DNA of 64,000 nucleotides from Candidatus Versatilivorator sp. (GCA_965207735.1 OZ242296.1:2592001-2656000), one strand, 5' to 3'; positions 30,747-41,152 are shown, counted from the first letter of the stretch. Program-made: numbers and translations. The notes: generated from the sequence alone by a model not told the origin.

Positions 30747-31977
30747 GGCGCAACGCCTCCACGGGGTTCAATTCCGCCGCCCGTCCCGAAGGATAGAGGG
30801 TAGCCAGGTAGCTGACCATGATGGCGGAAGCCGCAACCACGGCTCCGTCGGCCAGCGACAGGTTGAACGGAACGTGAGTCATGGAGTAGACATCGGCCTG
30901 CAACCGAATCAACTGGTACCGGTCGCAAATCCAGCAGACGGCGTAGCCCAGGACCAGCCCCCAGAACGAGCCGACGACTCCTATGGTCACCCCCTGAAAG
31001 ACGAAGATCTTGCGCACGGCTTTCCGGGTCGCCCCCATGGACATCAGGACGGCGATGTCCCGGGTCTTTTCCATCACCATCATGGTGAGAGTCGTGATGA
31101 TATTCAAGGCAGCCACAAAGACGATCAGCCCTATGGTAACGACCATCACCAGCTTTTCCAGGCGCAACGCCTCAAAAACGGGGCGATTCAGATCCTTCCA
31201 GTCGATGGTCTCAAAGCCTTCGCCCAGGAGCTGCTCGATTCGCAGAGCGATGCGGTCAACCTGATAGATGTCCTCCACCCTGCACTCGATCACCGAGACG
31301 CGCCGGCCGGTGCCCAGAGCTCGCTGGGCCGAGGGAAGTGCCGTAAATGCCCACTGCGCATCGAAGTCGTAAAGTCCCGACTGGAAAATGGCAACCACCT
31401 CGAACCGCCGCCGCAGGGGAAACTCGCCCAGCGGAGTCAGGGTGGTTTCATCGCTGAACAGGCTGACCGTATCCCCGACCAGAAGACCCAGGCGTTCGGC
31501 CAGGTCGACCCCGACCGCCAGCCGGTCCTGGAAACGACCCTCTCTGCTGCCGGCCAGTCGACCCAGGTCCCCTTGGCGAACCTGGAAGAATTGAGCCGGC
31601 ACCAGCGGATCGTCGACAGCAATCCCCTTGAGCATGACGCCGTCCTGGCGCGAACCGGTGCTCATCAGCACCGGCCCGTACAAGGCCGCCGACGCGCTGC
31701 GAATACCCGGAACCTCTCGAATCCTGGAGGTCAGTTCGGCGGGATTCCCGATGCCTTCACTGCTGAGGACCGGCTTCACGTTGAGATGTGCCGTGCCCTT
31801 GAGCAGCTTGTCCTGCAGATTCTCCCGAAATCCGGAACTGATGGCCAGGGCCACGATCATGGCGGACACCCCTGCCGTCACACCCAGGATGGATATCAGG
31901 GTCACCACGGAGATGACCGTCTGCTTGCGGCGTGCCCGAAGATAACGCCAGGCCACAAACCACTCGAACGTCTTCAT
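30739..31977 (-). CDS. lolE: Lipoprotein-releasing ABC transporter permease LolC/E
   Basis: FVAWRYLR, ISILGVTAGV, VAALNIITTL.MMVMEKTRDIAVL, ATLYP. Confidence 0.9.
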   Translation of the reverse strand: MKTFEWFVAWRYLRARRKQTVISVVTLISILGVTAGVSAMIVALAISSGFRENLQDKLLKGTAHLNVKPVLSSEGIGNPAELTSRIREVPGIRSASAALYGPVLMSTGSRQDGVMLKGIAVDDPLVPAQFFQVRQGDLGRLAGSREGRFQDRLAVGVDLAERLGLLVGDTVSLFSDETTLTPLGEFPLRRRFEVVAIFQSGLYDFDAQWAFTALPSAQRALGTGRRVSVIECRVEDIYQVDRIALRIEQLLGEGFETIDWKDLNRPVFEALRLEKLVMVVTIGLIVFVAALNIITTLTMMVMEKTRDIAVLMSMGATRKAVRKIFVFQGVTIGVVGSFWGLVLGYAVCWICDRYQLIRLQADVYSMTHVPFNLSLADGAVVAASAIMVSYLATLYPSGRAAELNPVEALRHE

Positions 31978-33518
31978 TGGCGCTTCTTTCCCGAACGCAA
32001 CAGGGGAAAGAGAATGACATCTCGGATGGAAACGGAATCGGTAAAGAGCATGGCGAGCCGATCGATGCCGATCCCTTCCCCGGCGGTGGGCGGCATCCCG
32101 TAACGAAGGGCTCTGACGTAGTCCTCATCCATCTGGTGAGCTTCCTCGTCTCCCTTCTCACGTTGTGCCGCCTGAGCCTCGAAACGTCGCTTCTGCTCCT
32201 CGGGATCATTGAGCTCGCTGTAGGCGTTGGCGATTTCCATCCCACCGATGTAGAGCTCGAACCGTTCCACCAGCGAGGGATCCTCGGGCTTGGTCTTGCT
32301 GAGGGGGGAAAGCTCGAGCGGATAGTCGTAGATGATGGTCGGCTGGATCAGATGCCTCTCCACCACCGCATCGAACAGGCTTGCCCAGATCAGTCCCCTC
32401 GAATCTCCGGGCTTGCAGTTCACCGGGTCGAGCCCGCGCGAATCCGCATACCTGTTCCAACGGCGACACACCTGGGTCAGTGTCGTGATTGTTTCCAGGT
32501 CCTCGGCACCGGGAACCGGCAAGGCCTCGCCGGGCCAGAACTGCAGGATGGATTCCTTCAGGGAATAGCGCGCCCAGGTCTGAAGAGAAATCCGGACTCC
32601 GTTGAATTCGAATTCCAGACTCCCCAGAATTTCACGGGCCAGCCCCTTCAACAGGTCCTGGGTCAGGTCCATCAGCTCACGATAGTCGCTGTAGGACTGA
32701 TAGAACTCCAGCATGGTAAATTCAGGATTGTGCTGGGTCGAGATCCCCTCGTTGCGAAAATTGCGGTTGATCTCGTAGACCCGTTCCAGCTGCCCTACGA
32801 TCAGCCGCTTCAGGTAGAGTTCCGGCGCGATTCTGAGATACAGAGGCATGCCGAGCGTGTTGTGAAAGGTGCGGAAGGGCCGTGCCGTAGCTCCACCGGC
32901 AACCGGCTGCATCATCGGGGTCTCGACTTCGACGTATTCTCTCTCGTCCAGGTAGTTCCGAATTCCCCTGATAATCCGGCTGCGGGTGACAAAGACCTCA
33001 CGCACCTCCGGATTGGCGATGAGATCCAGATAACGTTGCCTGTAACGGATTTCGATATCGGTGAGTCCGTGCCATTTCTCCGGCAGCGGCAACAGGGACT
33101 TGGCCAGGAACTCCAGGCCGGTGGCATGGACGGTAAGTTCGCCGGTCCGGGTGCGAAAAAGAAATCCCTCGACGCCCAGGAAGTCTCCGACATCCAGAAG
33201 CCGATAGAGCTCGAAAAGCCGTTCGCCTACCCCATCTCGGCGAATATATACCTGCAGGCGCCGTTCGCCGTCGGACAGGTTCAGGAAACCGGCCTTCCCC
33301 TTGCCTCGAATGGCCACCACCCGGCCGCAAACCCGCACGGCGACGCGGCGGGATTCCAGTTCTTCCTTGGAAGAATCCCGGTTCTGCCCGAGGACCTGCA
33401 GCAGAGAATGGCTGGAGGAATACGCGTGCGGGTAGGGGGGACAGTCCAGGGCCTTGATCTTTTCAAGCTTGGCGTATCGCTGAGCAACAAGAGTCTGCTC
33501 GGTCTTGGATGGACTCAA
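31974..33518 (-). CDS. lysS: Lysine--tRNA ligase (class II)
   Basis: PEKWHGL, YRQRYLDL, GGATARPF, LRIAPELYLKRL, FRNEGIS, YGMPPTAGEGIGIDRL. Confidence 0.97.
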   Translation of the reverse strand: MSPSKTEQTLVAQRYAKLEKIKALDCPPYPHAYSSSHSLLQVLGQNRDSSKEELESRRVAVRVCGRVVAIRGKGKAGFLNLSDGERRLQVYIRRDGVGERLFELYRLLDVGDFLGVEGFLFRTRTGELTVHATGLEFLAKSLLPLPEKWHGLTDIEIRYRQRYLDLIANPEVREVFVTRSRIIRGIRNYLDEREYVEVETPMMQPVAGGATARPFRTFHNTLGMPLYLRIAPELYLKRLIVGQLERVYEINRNFRNEGISTQHNPEFTMLEFYQSYSDYRELMDLTQDLLKGLAREILGSLEFEFNGVRISLQTWARYSLKESILQFWPGEALPVPGAEDLETITTLTQVCRRWNRYADSRGLDPVNCKPGDSRGLIWASLFDAVVERHLIQPTIIYDYPLELSPLSKTKPEDPSLVERFELYIGGMEIANAYSELNDPEEQKRRFEAQAAQREKGDEEAHQMDEDYVRALRYGMPPTAGEGIGIDRLAMLFTDSVSIRDVILFPLLRSGKKRQ

Positions 33519-33943
33519 GGCTCTCTGCCTCCCTCGGTTGCGACTTCCTTGCGGATACTGTCCAGGACGCCGTTAACGAATTGGATGGCCTCCGAGGTAC
33601 TGAACCGGCGGGCAATCTCCAGGGCTTCATTGATGGCGACGACCCTGGGGGTTTGGGTTTCGTACAACAACTCGAAGGTGGCCAGCCGCAGGACATTCCT
33701 GTCGACAGTGGCCATGCGGGGAAGGCGCCAATGGTCGGCGTGGCGGGCCAGCAGAACGTCGATCCGAGCGATGTGGCGGACGGTTCCGGAGGCGAGATGG
33801 TTGGCGAAGGCTCGGGTGTCAGCCTCGGAATCCTGGTTCAGAGTCCAGAAGGTCCTGCAGACATCGTTGAACGATGCCTTGGAAAGATCCCATTGAAAAA
33901 GCATCTGCAGTGCATGCTCACGCCCCTGCCTTCGTCCGCCCAT
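33515..33943 (-). CDS. nusB: Transcription antitermination factor NusB
   Basis: RRQGREHALQMLFQ, VDRNVLRLA, INEALEIA, FVNGVLD. Confidence 0.96.
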   Translation of the reverse strand: MGGRRQGREHALQMLFQWDLSKASFNDVCRTFWTLNQDSEADTRAFANHLASGTVRHIARIDVLLARHADHWRLPRMATVDRNVLRLATFELLYETQTPRVVAINEALEIARRFSTSEAIQFVNGVLDSIRKEVATEGGREP

Positions 33944-33981
33944 GGATCGATGTCCTCGAAAGGCCGCTCCGGAAGATCGAT

Positions 33982-34449
33982 CTATCCAAGTTGCTTCAGT
34001 AGATTGGCCATTTCGACGGCCGACATCGCAGCCTCGAATCCCTTGTTGCCGGACTTGAGCCCCGCCCGGTCAATGGCTTGCTCCACGCTTTCCGCCGTTA
34101 CCACACCGAAGGCCACCGGCACCTCTGAATCCAGGGACACCGATGCAATTCCCCTGGCCGCCTCGTTGCAAATGTAGGTGAAGTGCGGAGTTTCTCCCTG
34201 AATCAGGGTCCCCAGGCAGACCACCGCCTGGTACCTTCCGCTGCCTGCCGCCTTCTTGGCCGCCAAGGGAATCTCGAAAGATCCGGGCACCTTGATCACG
34301 TCGATGTCCCCTTCAGCCGCACCGGTTCGAGTCAGCGCGTCCAGCGCTCCCTCCAGCAGCCGCTGGGTCACAAAACCGTTGAAGCGACTCAGCACGATGG
34401 CAAAGCTGAGCCCCTTGGCATTCAGATTCCCCTGGATCGTGTTCACCAC
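33982..34449 (-). CDS. ribH: 6,7-dimethyl-8-ribityllumazine synthase
   Basis: [34 protein letters not shown]. Confidence 0.97.
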   Translation of the reverse strand: MVNTIQGNLNAKGLSFAIVLSRFNGFVTQRLLEGALDALTRTGAAEGDIDVIKVPGSFEIPLAAKKAAGSGRYQAVVCLGTLIQGETPHFTYICNEAARGIASVSLDSEVPVAFGVVTAESVEQAIDRAGLKSGNKGFEAAMSAVEMANLLKQLG

Positions 34450-34659
34450 CCTGCGCCTCCTGAAACGCGGCCGCCCGGATTCGACCGCCGGGCAACCCTA
34501 CGATCTCAAAGCTTCCGTGCCAAAACGCCTCAGGATGATAACAGCTTTTCACATGGAGTGTGGCCTGCATTCGTCATTTGGAGGTTGGATGGATCCTGTG
34601 ATCGTCACTCACGGGACGCCGCGTTTGCCCCCCTCCGGGACCGACAGGAACGGACGTGC

Positions 34660-34836
34660 CTGAAACAAACGAAAAAAGACAATAGAGTTATCCACGAAGG
34701 GCCACGAAGAACGACGAAGGGCCACTAAGGCGTTGAGGTTAACCGCGACGGGATGCCAAGTTCACGAAAGGATTATCGATTTCCGATTGTTTGACTCTAG
34801 AATAATTAGCCCGGCGGGAGGGGGCCGGGCTTGTCT
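34660..34836 (+). repeat. Dispersed copy of the ~180-bp element
   Basis: ctgaaacaaacgaaaaaagac...ccacgaagggccacgaagaacgacgaagggccactaaggcgttgaggttaaccgcgacggg...gggcttgtct. Confidence 0.93.
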
Positions 34837-34913
34837 CCCACGTCAGGCTCCCTTAAGATGAGTTCTGTGCGGTAATTCCCGGACATCCGCAAACACCGGA
34901 CGGACCCCTGCCC

Positions 34914-35837
34914 ATGCTGCCTGCCCGCCTGCGCTGGAAGTTGCGCATCATCGCCCAGCAACTGGAAAGGCAACTCGACTACTGGAAAAATCTCTGGCAA
35001 GGCACCCAGGTCACCACCAGAATGTGTCCCTCCTGCCGGGCTCTGGTCGGCGTGCAGGAATCCGCGTGCTCCCTCTGCGGGGCCAGGCTCCGGCGGCGAC
35101 CCAGCGGGTTGGGCAAGCTGCTGAGCAATGTCCTGCCCCAGTACACACCCGTCTCCTACGCGCTTCTGACCGCCAATTTCCTGGTCTTCCTGGCCATGTT
35201 CGCTACCGAGCAACAGGGCACCGTCACTGATTTCGGCCGGCTTCTGACCGGGGGGAACCGGCAGGCCCTGGTGGCTTGGGGAGCCGACGTGCCCGCCCTG
35301 GTAGCCCAGGGGGAATGGTGGCGCCTGGTATCCGCCATTTTCATCCACATCGGCATCATCCACCTGCTGTTCAACTCCTATGCCCTGATGTTCATCGGGC
35401 CGCTGCTGGAAGAACTGCTGGGCAAGGAACGGTTCCTGGTCTCCTACCTGGCCACCGGAGTCATCGGCTTTGGCCTCAGCAACTGGTATTACCCGCCCTG
35501 GCTGGTGACCGCGGGAGCCTCGGGCGCCGTCTTTGGAATGATCGCCATGGCGGTGGTTCTCTCCCGGCGCTGGGGATCCTGGGGTCAAGTACTGCAACAG
35601 CAACTGGTCCACTGGATTATCTACGCATTCGTCTTCGGGATCTTCATTGGAGCCAACAACGCCGCCCACTTCGGGGGCGCATTGGCCGGCGCCGCTCTGG
35701 CTTTGGCGCTGCCCAACCCCAATCGACATCAGGAAACCCCCTTCCTGGGCCTGTTGTGGCGGGTGCTCTACTGGTCCAGCCTGGCGGCCATCGCCCTGTC
35801 TCTCCTCCTGGCCGTCCTGAATCGGCTTGAATTCTAG
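34914..35837 (+). CDS. Rhomboid intramembrane serine protease with N-terminal zinc ribbon
   Basis: CPSC..CSLC; GEWWRL, HIGIIHLLFN, GASG, AAHFGG. Confidence 0.9.
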   Translation: MLPARLRWKLRIIAQQLERQLDYWKNLWQGTQVTTRMCPSCRALVGVQESACSLCGARLRRRPSGLGKLLSNVLPQYTPVSYALLTANFLVFLAMFATEQQGTVTDFGRLLTGGNRQALVAWGADVPALVAQGEWWRLVSAIFIHIGIIHLLFNSYALMFIGPLLEELLGKERFLVSYLATGVIGFGLSNWYYPPWLVTAGASGAVFGMIAMAVVLSRRWGSWGQVLQQQLVHWIIYAFVFGIFIGANNAAHFGGALAGAALALALPNPNRHQETPFLGLLWRVLYWSSLAAIALSLLLAVLNRLEF

Positions 35838-35896
35838 CCCCCTTCCGAGGACTACCGGCGGAAACCAGCCTGCAAGCTGGGCTATAATGCGGCACC

Positions 35897-37396
35897 ATGA
35901 CAGTTGCAACATCCCAACCGGGCATCCCCCGGACCGAGACCCGCAAGGAACTGGTGGCCTTGCTGGGCAGCGACAGGGTCCTCCACACCCCGGAAGAACT
36001 GCTGGTGTATGAATGCGACGGGTTGACCCTTCACTCCCGCATGCCCGATTTCGTGGTCTTCCCCGACACCACCGAGGAAGTGCTTCAGATCGTCAGGCTT
36101 GCCTGCCGTCAAGGGATCCCCTTTCTGGCCCGGGGCGCCGGAACCAGCTTGAGCGGCGGAACCATCGCCGCGGAGGGTGGAATCGTGCTGGAGCTCTCCA
36201 GGATGAATCGGATCCTGGAGATCGACCTGGAGAATCGCATGGCCCGGGTTCAGCCGGGAGTCGTGAACCAGCACGTCACCCGGGCAGTCGAAGCCGACGA
36301 GTTCTACTATGCTCCCGACCCGTCAAGCCAGGTAGCGTCGACCATTGGGGGCAACGTGGCCGAAAACGCCGGCGGTCCGCACACGCTCAAGTATGGCGTC
36401 ACCACCAACCATGTGCTGGAGCTGCAAGCCGTGTTGCCGGACGGCGAAGTCTACCGACTGGGAACCGCGGCCGGAGACCCGGTCGGTTTCGACCTGGTGG
36501 GAACCTTCGTCGGTTCCGAGGGAACCCTGGGCATCGCGACCGAAGTGACTGTTCGCCTGCTGCACGCGGCGCCGGCGGTGAAAACGCTTCTGGCCGTGTA
36601 CGACTCGGTGTCGGAAGCGACCCAGACGGTCTCCGGGATCATTGCGCGGGGCATCGTACCCGCGGCCCTGGAGATGATCGACAAGAACACCATTCAGGCG
36701 ATCGAAGCCGGAGTCTACGCCAGCGGCATTCCCCAGGACGCCGCAGCCGTACTTCTCATCGAAGTGGACGGGCTGGAGGCCGGCATCGACCGGCAACTGG
36801 AGGAAATCCTGGAGGTCATCGGATCCCGCCAGGCCCGGGAGGTACGGGTCGCAGGCTCGGCCGCGGAGCGAAAGAAGCTGTGGGCGGCACGAAAGAATGC
36901 CTTCGGCGCCTACGGGCGCATCAGTCCGAACTACTACACCATGGACGGCGTCATTCCACGCAGCAAGCTTCCGGAGGTCCTTGACCGTATCGAGAGCCTC
37001 GGCCGGGAATATGGCCTGCGGATGGCCAACGTATTTCATGCCGGGGATGGTAATCTTCATCCCATCATTCTCTACGACATCGCCCAGGACGATGCCAGGG
37101 AAAGAGTCATGGCGCTGGCCGGCGCCATCCTGCGCTGTTGCATGGATGTGGGAGGGACCTTGAGCGGAGAGCACGGAATCGGGTTGGAAAAGAGAGAGTT
37201 CATGCGGTTGTTCTTCAGCGAGGCCGATCTTCAAGTGATGGAACGGCTCAAGCGGGTTTTCAACCCGGACAATCTTGCCAATCCGCAAAAGATTTTTCCC
37301 ATGCGACGCGGATGCGGGGAGATGTCCTCGCTATCGGAAGACAGCCGCGATCGCCTCAGCCGATTTGAGGAAGACCCGGAGTTCGTGCGGTTCTGA
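35897..37396 (+). CDS. glcD: Glycolate oxidase FAD subunit GlcD
   Basis: RGAGTSLSGG, YAPDPSSQ, GGNVAENAGGPH, GSEGTLG, FHAGDGNLHP, GEHGIG; TATAAT at 35883-35888 just upstream. Confidence 0.92.
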   Translation: MTVATSQPGIPRTETRKELVALLGSDRVLHTPEELLVYECDGLTLHSRMPDFVVFPDTTEEVLQIVRLACRQGIPFLARGAGTSLSGGTIAAEGGIVLELSRMNRILEIDLENRMARVQPGVVNQHVTRAVEADEFYYAPDPSSQVASTIGGNVAENAGGPHTLKYGVTTNHVLELQAVLPDGEVYRLGTAAGDPVGFDLVGTFVGSEGTLGIATEVTVRLLHAAPAVKTLLAVYDSVSEATQTVSGIIARGIVPAALEMIDKNTIQAIEAGVYASGIPQDAAAVLLIEVDGLEAGIDRQLEEILEVIGSRQAREVRVAGSAAERKKLWAARKNAFGAYGRISPNYYTMDGVIPRSKLPEVLDRIESLGREYGLRMANVFHAGDGNLHPIILYDIAQDDARERVMALAGAILRCCMDVGGTLSGEHGIGLEKREFMRLFFSEADLQVMERLKRVFNPDNLANPQKIFPMRRGCGEMSSLSEDSRDRLSRFEEDPEFVRF

Positions 37397-37482
37397 CCGG
37401 GCTGCCCCTGACGGTGGCCTCACCACACACAGGACGGGTGTCATACATGGTTGGACCCGGTTCAGGATCTCGAGGTCGGGCG

Positions 37483-38829
37483 GTGACGAAACGTCCCGTG
37501 CCGCCGCCGGCCAATCCGAAGATTTCCTGCGCCCTTCCCACTTCCCGGCTGGAGTCATTCGCCGTGCAGGGGAAGCATCCCGACCGGGCCGCCGCTCCAC
37601 GAACACCCGAGGAGATCAGCGATCTCCTGCGAACGGCTCAGCACGAACAGTGGGCCGTGGTGCCTTTTGGATCCGGAAGCCGCCGGGACCTCGGAAACCC
37701 TCCCAAGCGCTTCGACCTGGCCCTCGCGACCACCCGCCTGGACCGAATCCCGGAATATGAGCCCCAGGACCTGGTGGTCAGGGTGGAAAGCGGGTGTCGC
37801 TTGGGACGGCTGCAGGAAATGCTGGCGGCCGACCGCTTGTGCCTGCCCATCGATCCGCCTGGGTATGGCCAGACGACTCTGGGGGGGATGGTAGCCACCA
37901 ACGCCAGTGGACCGGGTCGATTGGGCCATGGGACCCTTCGCGACTACCTGCTCGGAATCGGTGTTGTCCAGGCAGACGGATCCCAAACGCGTTTTGGCTC
38001 CAGAGTGGTCAAGAACGTCACCGGGTACGACATGTGCAAGCTCTATGCGGGCTCTTTCGGCACCCTGGGCATCTTTTCGGACTTCTACCTCAAGCTCAAG
38101 CCCCTTCCCGCCGTGGAGAAGACGGTGGTGGGTCTCTTCAAGAGCCTCCCGCAGGTGCAGGGCGCCTTGAGCCGGTTGCTGCAATCTCCATTGATTCCCA
38201 CCGCCGTTGAATTTCTGAACAGCGGCGCCTGGAGGCGGCTTGACCGGGAGTTGGATTGGAACGGAAAGATCGGAGGCTATGCCCTGGCGGTCAAGTTCGG
38301 CGATCTGGAGGCGGCCGTCAACTGGCAGGTCGAGGAGTTGAGATCTATGTGGGGTAAGCACGCGGATGGAGACATGCCGGTCAGTGACTCCCGGGACCAG
38401 ACCGTGCTCTGGGATTTCTTGCGAGAGGACCACTTCTGCCTGGCGGCGCCACCGCTGGAAAGCCTGAAGCTCAAAGTCAACATCCTTCCCAATCAACTGG
38501 TCCGGTGGATCGGGGAGGTCGAAAGGCAGTTGTCCGAGACCGAAGTCCCATTCTTCTTGAGAGCCCACGCCGGAAGCGGAGTGTTGCGTGCCTTCTGCCA
38601 TCTCGACCCTTCGAACCCTCGGGCGGGGAGGCTGGCGACTCTGATCGAGAGGTGGCGGAGCTTGCTGAATGCGGTACGCGGCAGCGTGGTCATTGAGAAG
38701 GGTCCCGCCAATCTGAAGGCCCAGGTCGATGCCTGGGGCTATCGATACAAGGACCTGAAACTGATGAAACAGGTCAAGAACCAACTCGACCCCCGGGAGA
38801 TCCTGAACCCGGGAAGATTCGTGGTTTGA
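37483..38829 (+). CDS. glcE: Glycolate oxidase FAD-binding subunit GlcE
   Basis: EYEPQDLVV, TLGGMVATNASGP, VVKNVTGYDMCKL, LDPREILNPGRF; start uncertain. Confidence 0.88.
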   Translation: MTKRPVPPPANPKISCALPTSRLESFAVQGKHPDRAAAPRTPEEISDLLRTAQHEQWAVVPFGSGSRRDLGNPPKRFDLALATTRLDRIPEYEPQDLVVRVESGCRLGRLQEMLAADRLCLPIDPPGYGQTTLGGMVATNASGPGRLGHGTLRDYLLGIGVVQADGSQTRFGSRVVKNVTGYDMCKLYAGSFGTLGIFSDFYLKLKPLPAVEKTVVGLFKSLPQVQGALSRLLQSPLIPTAVEFLNSGAWRRLDRELDWNGKIGGYALAVKFGDLEAAVNWQVEELRSMWGKHADGDMPVSDSRDQTVLWDFLREDHFCLAAPPLESLKLKVNILPNQLVRWIGEVERQLSETEVPFFLRAHAGSGVLRAFCHLDPSNPRAGRLATLIERWRSLLNAVRGSVVIEKGPANLKAQVDAWGYRYKDLKLMKQVKNQLDPREILNPGRFVV

Positions 38830-38848
38830 ACCCGCCCCGGTCCTGTTC

Positions 38849-40207
38849 GTGAGGCGGGTGTTATCGGAGGCGCCAGTGGAATCACCGGCTCATCCAAAGC
38901 AGGCCGGCAGCACCGTGGCGGCGGACTTGACTCCTCAATGCGTCCATTGCGGGCTCTGCCTGCAAGCCTGTCCAACCTACATCGAGCTGGGGAAGGAAGC
39001 GGACTCGCCCAGAGGCCGCATCTATCTGATGCAAGCCCGCCAACGTGGAAGGCTTCCGGTTGCCGGAAGTTTTGCCGAGCACATCTCCACCTGCCTGGAC
39101 TGCCGTGCCTGCGAGTCGGCTTGCCCTTCAGGCGTGCCCTACGGAGAACTGGTGGAGCAGGCCCGCGAGGTCGTCGAGCAACAACTGAAGCGCCCCTTCC
39201 TGGTGGACGCCCTCCGCCGCTACGTCTTCGGCTGGGTTTTCCCCTCTCCGCCGATCCTGCGGTTCCATTTTCATTTGCTGCGTCTCTACCAGCGCCTGGG
39301 CTTGCAGACATTGGTCCGCGGGCTGGCTGCCCTTAAATTGATTCCAGCGCGGTTGGCCGGCATGGAACGGTTGCTACCCGACCTTCGAGGGCGTGCCGCT
39401 CCGGTTGAACTGGGGGCGATCTTCAACAGCAAAGGAGCCACCCGGTTCCGAGTGGGATTGGTCGCCGGATGTGTCATGAACGAAATCTTTGCCGGCATTC
39501 ACCACGCCACCATACGAGTCCTGCAACGGAACGGTTGTGAGATCGTCGTCCCTGCCTCCCAGGTCTGCTGCGCCGCGCTCCACGCCCACGCCGGCATTAC
39601 GGCGACTGCTCAGGAGATGGCGAAAAGGAATATCCGGGCCTTCGAGCAGGCCGGCGTCTCGGCGGTCATCGTGAACGCAGCCGGATGCGGCGCCAAGCTC
39701 AAGGAGTATGGGGCCCTTCTCGCCCGTGATCCCGAGTTTTCATCCCGCGCCCGGTCCTTCAGCCAAAAGGTCGTGGATATATCGGAGTTTCTGGACGGGC
39801 TTCCGGCTCTGGCTCCACCTGGCCGACTGGAGATGAGGGTCGCTTACGACGACCCCTGTCACCTGCTGCATGCTCAAAGAATCGCCCAGGCGCCGCGCCG
39901 CTTGCTGCAGCAGATCCCGGGGCTGGAGCTGTTGGAGCTGCAGTATCCGGACCAATGTTGCGGGAGCGCCGGGATTTACAATATTACTCACCCCGAATTG
40001 TCCATGCGGATCCTGGAGCGCAAGGTCGAGGATATCAAGCAGTGCGGGCCGGCGGTGGTGGCCACCGGCAACCCGGGCTGTCTCCTTCAAATTGGCCAGG
40101 GCCTGCGGATGGCCGACCTGAACCATATTCAAGTGATGCATCCCCTGGAGATCCTCGATCGCGCCTATCGATCGGAGTCTTCCGGAAACGGTCGCAATCC
40201 CGACTGA
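38849..40207 (+). CDS. glcF: Glycolate oxidase Fe-S subunit GlcF
   Basis: CVHCGLCLQACPTY, CLDCRACESACPSGV, two CCG domains. Confidence 0.92.
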   Translation: MRRVLSEAPVESPAHPKQAGSTVAADLTPQCVHCGLCLQACPTYIELGKEADSPRGRIYLMQARQRGRLPVAGSFAEHISTCLDCRACESACPSGVPYGELVEQAREVVEQQLKRPFLVDALRRYVFGWVFPSPPILRFHFHLLRLYQRLGLQTLVRGLAALKLIPARLAGMERLLPDLRGRAAPVELGAIFNSKGATRFRVGLVAGCVMNEIFAGIHHATIRVLQRNGCEIVVPASQVCCAALHAHAGITATAQEMAKRNIRAFEQAGVSAVIVNAAGCGAKLKEYGALLARDPEFSSRARSFSQKVVDISEFLDGLPALAPPGRLEMRVAYDDPCHLLHAQRIAQAPRRLLQQIPGLELLELQYPDQCCGSAGIYNITHPELSMRILERKVEDIKQCGPAVVATGNPGCLLQIGQGLRMADLNHIQVMHPLEILDRAYRSESSGNGRNPD

Positions 40208-40316
40208 ATCATCAGGAATTCCTATGATAAGGTTTGTCGAGCATCATCCGGACAGGCGCCCTGCTGGTGCAAGCAGCGAACAGTAACCGCGTGTTGGCGG
40301 ACGAAAGCCGGTCTCC

Positions 40317-40961
40317 ATGATGAACAAGCTGGAATCGATTGTCGGCGGTGTGGCCAGGGAGCGAGCCAGCCCACTTGCGGTCAGTCTGCAGGCTGACGTC
40401 CTGAAGGAGTTTCTCGGAGCCATCGGCCGCAAGAAAAGAGCCGTGTTGCTGGATATCGGTCCCCCCACGGGATCCAACGTCGAGTACTTCTTCGGACGTC
40501 AAATCAAGCTTTACGTGGAAGACCTGTTGGAAGCTTACGCGAAATCCAGATTCTCAACCCCGTTTGAAAATCAACGAACCCTCACTACCAGCAAGTTTTT
40601 CAGCGAAAACTTCAAATACCCCGTCGACTTCTTCGACGGACTGATTTGCTGGGATCTGCTGAGCTATCTGGATCCCGAATTCGCCTCCCTCTTTATGGCC
40701 CGAGTATCGGCGATGATGAAGCCGAAGAGCTTGGTCTTCGCTCTTTTTCAGACCAGACGGCCCGGCGCCGGCTCCGAAGGGATCCACCAGTACCGCATTG
40801 TCACCGAATCCAAGCTGGAACGCGTTCCCACCGGTCGCGCCATACCGATCCGGAAAATCTACCAGACCCGAGACGTGACTCAGTTGTTCGACGGGTACGA
40901 TACCCGGAGGTTCCTGCTCATGAAGCACAACCTCCTGGCTATCATCATGCAAAAGTACTGA
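40317..40961 (+). CDS. Hypothetical protein, class I SAM-dependent methyltransferase-like fold
   Basis: LLDIGP motif-I-like segment, FDGLICWDLLSYL, MKPKS; the glycine-rich motif is atypical. Confidence 0.55.
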   Translation: MMNKLESIVGGVARERASPLAVSLQADVLKEFLGAIGRKKRAVLLDIGPPTGSNVEYFFGRQIKLYVEDLLEAYAKSRFSTPFENQRTLTTSKFFSENFKYPVDFFDGLICWDLLSYLDPEFASLFMARVSAMMKPKSLVFALFQTRRPGAGSEGIHQYRIVTESKLERVPTGRAIPIRKIYQTRDVTQLFDGYDTRRFLLMKHNLLAIIMQKY

Positions 40962-40965
40962 CCCT

Positions 40966-41152
40966 CAGGCAAGCCGGGGCCCCGCCCTGGCGTGCGGATC
41001 ATACATAGAGTGAAACAATCGGAAATCGATCAACCCTTCGCGAACTTGGTACCCCGTCGCGGCCAACCTCAGCGCCTTAGTGCCCCTTCGTCGTTCTTCG
41101 TGCCCCTTCGTGGATAAGTCTTTTTTCTTTTGTCGTTTGTCTGTTGTTTCAG
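40966..41152 (-). repeat. Dispersed copy of the ~180-bp element (reverse orientation)
   Basis: Reverse complement matches unit 1 at 5415-5600 over its full length; fills the gap between two convergent genes. Confidence 0.95.

Noticed and set aside
31932-33896. 654-aa plus-strand ORF and similar long antisense ORFs (24693-26102, 28016-29620, 30745-32103, 54529-55860)
   Set aside because: Shadow frames opposite well-conserved genes in high-GC DNA, with no recognisable motifs.
34450-34659. FMN riboswitch upstream of ribH
   Set aside because: No RFN consensus segments recognised by eye; a covariance-model search would be decisive.
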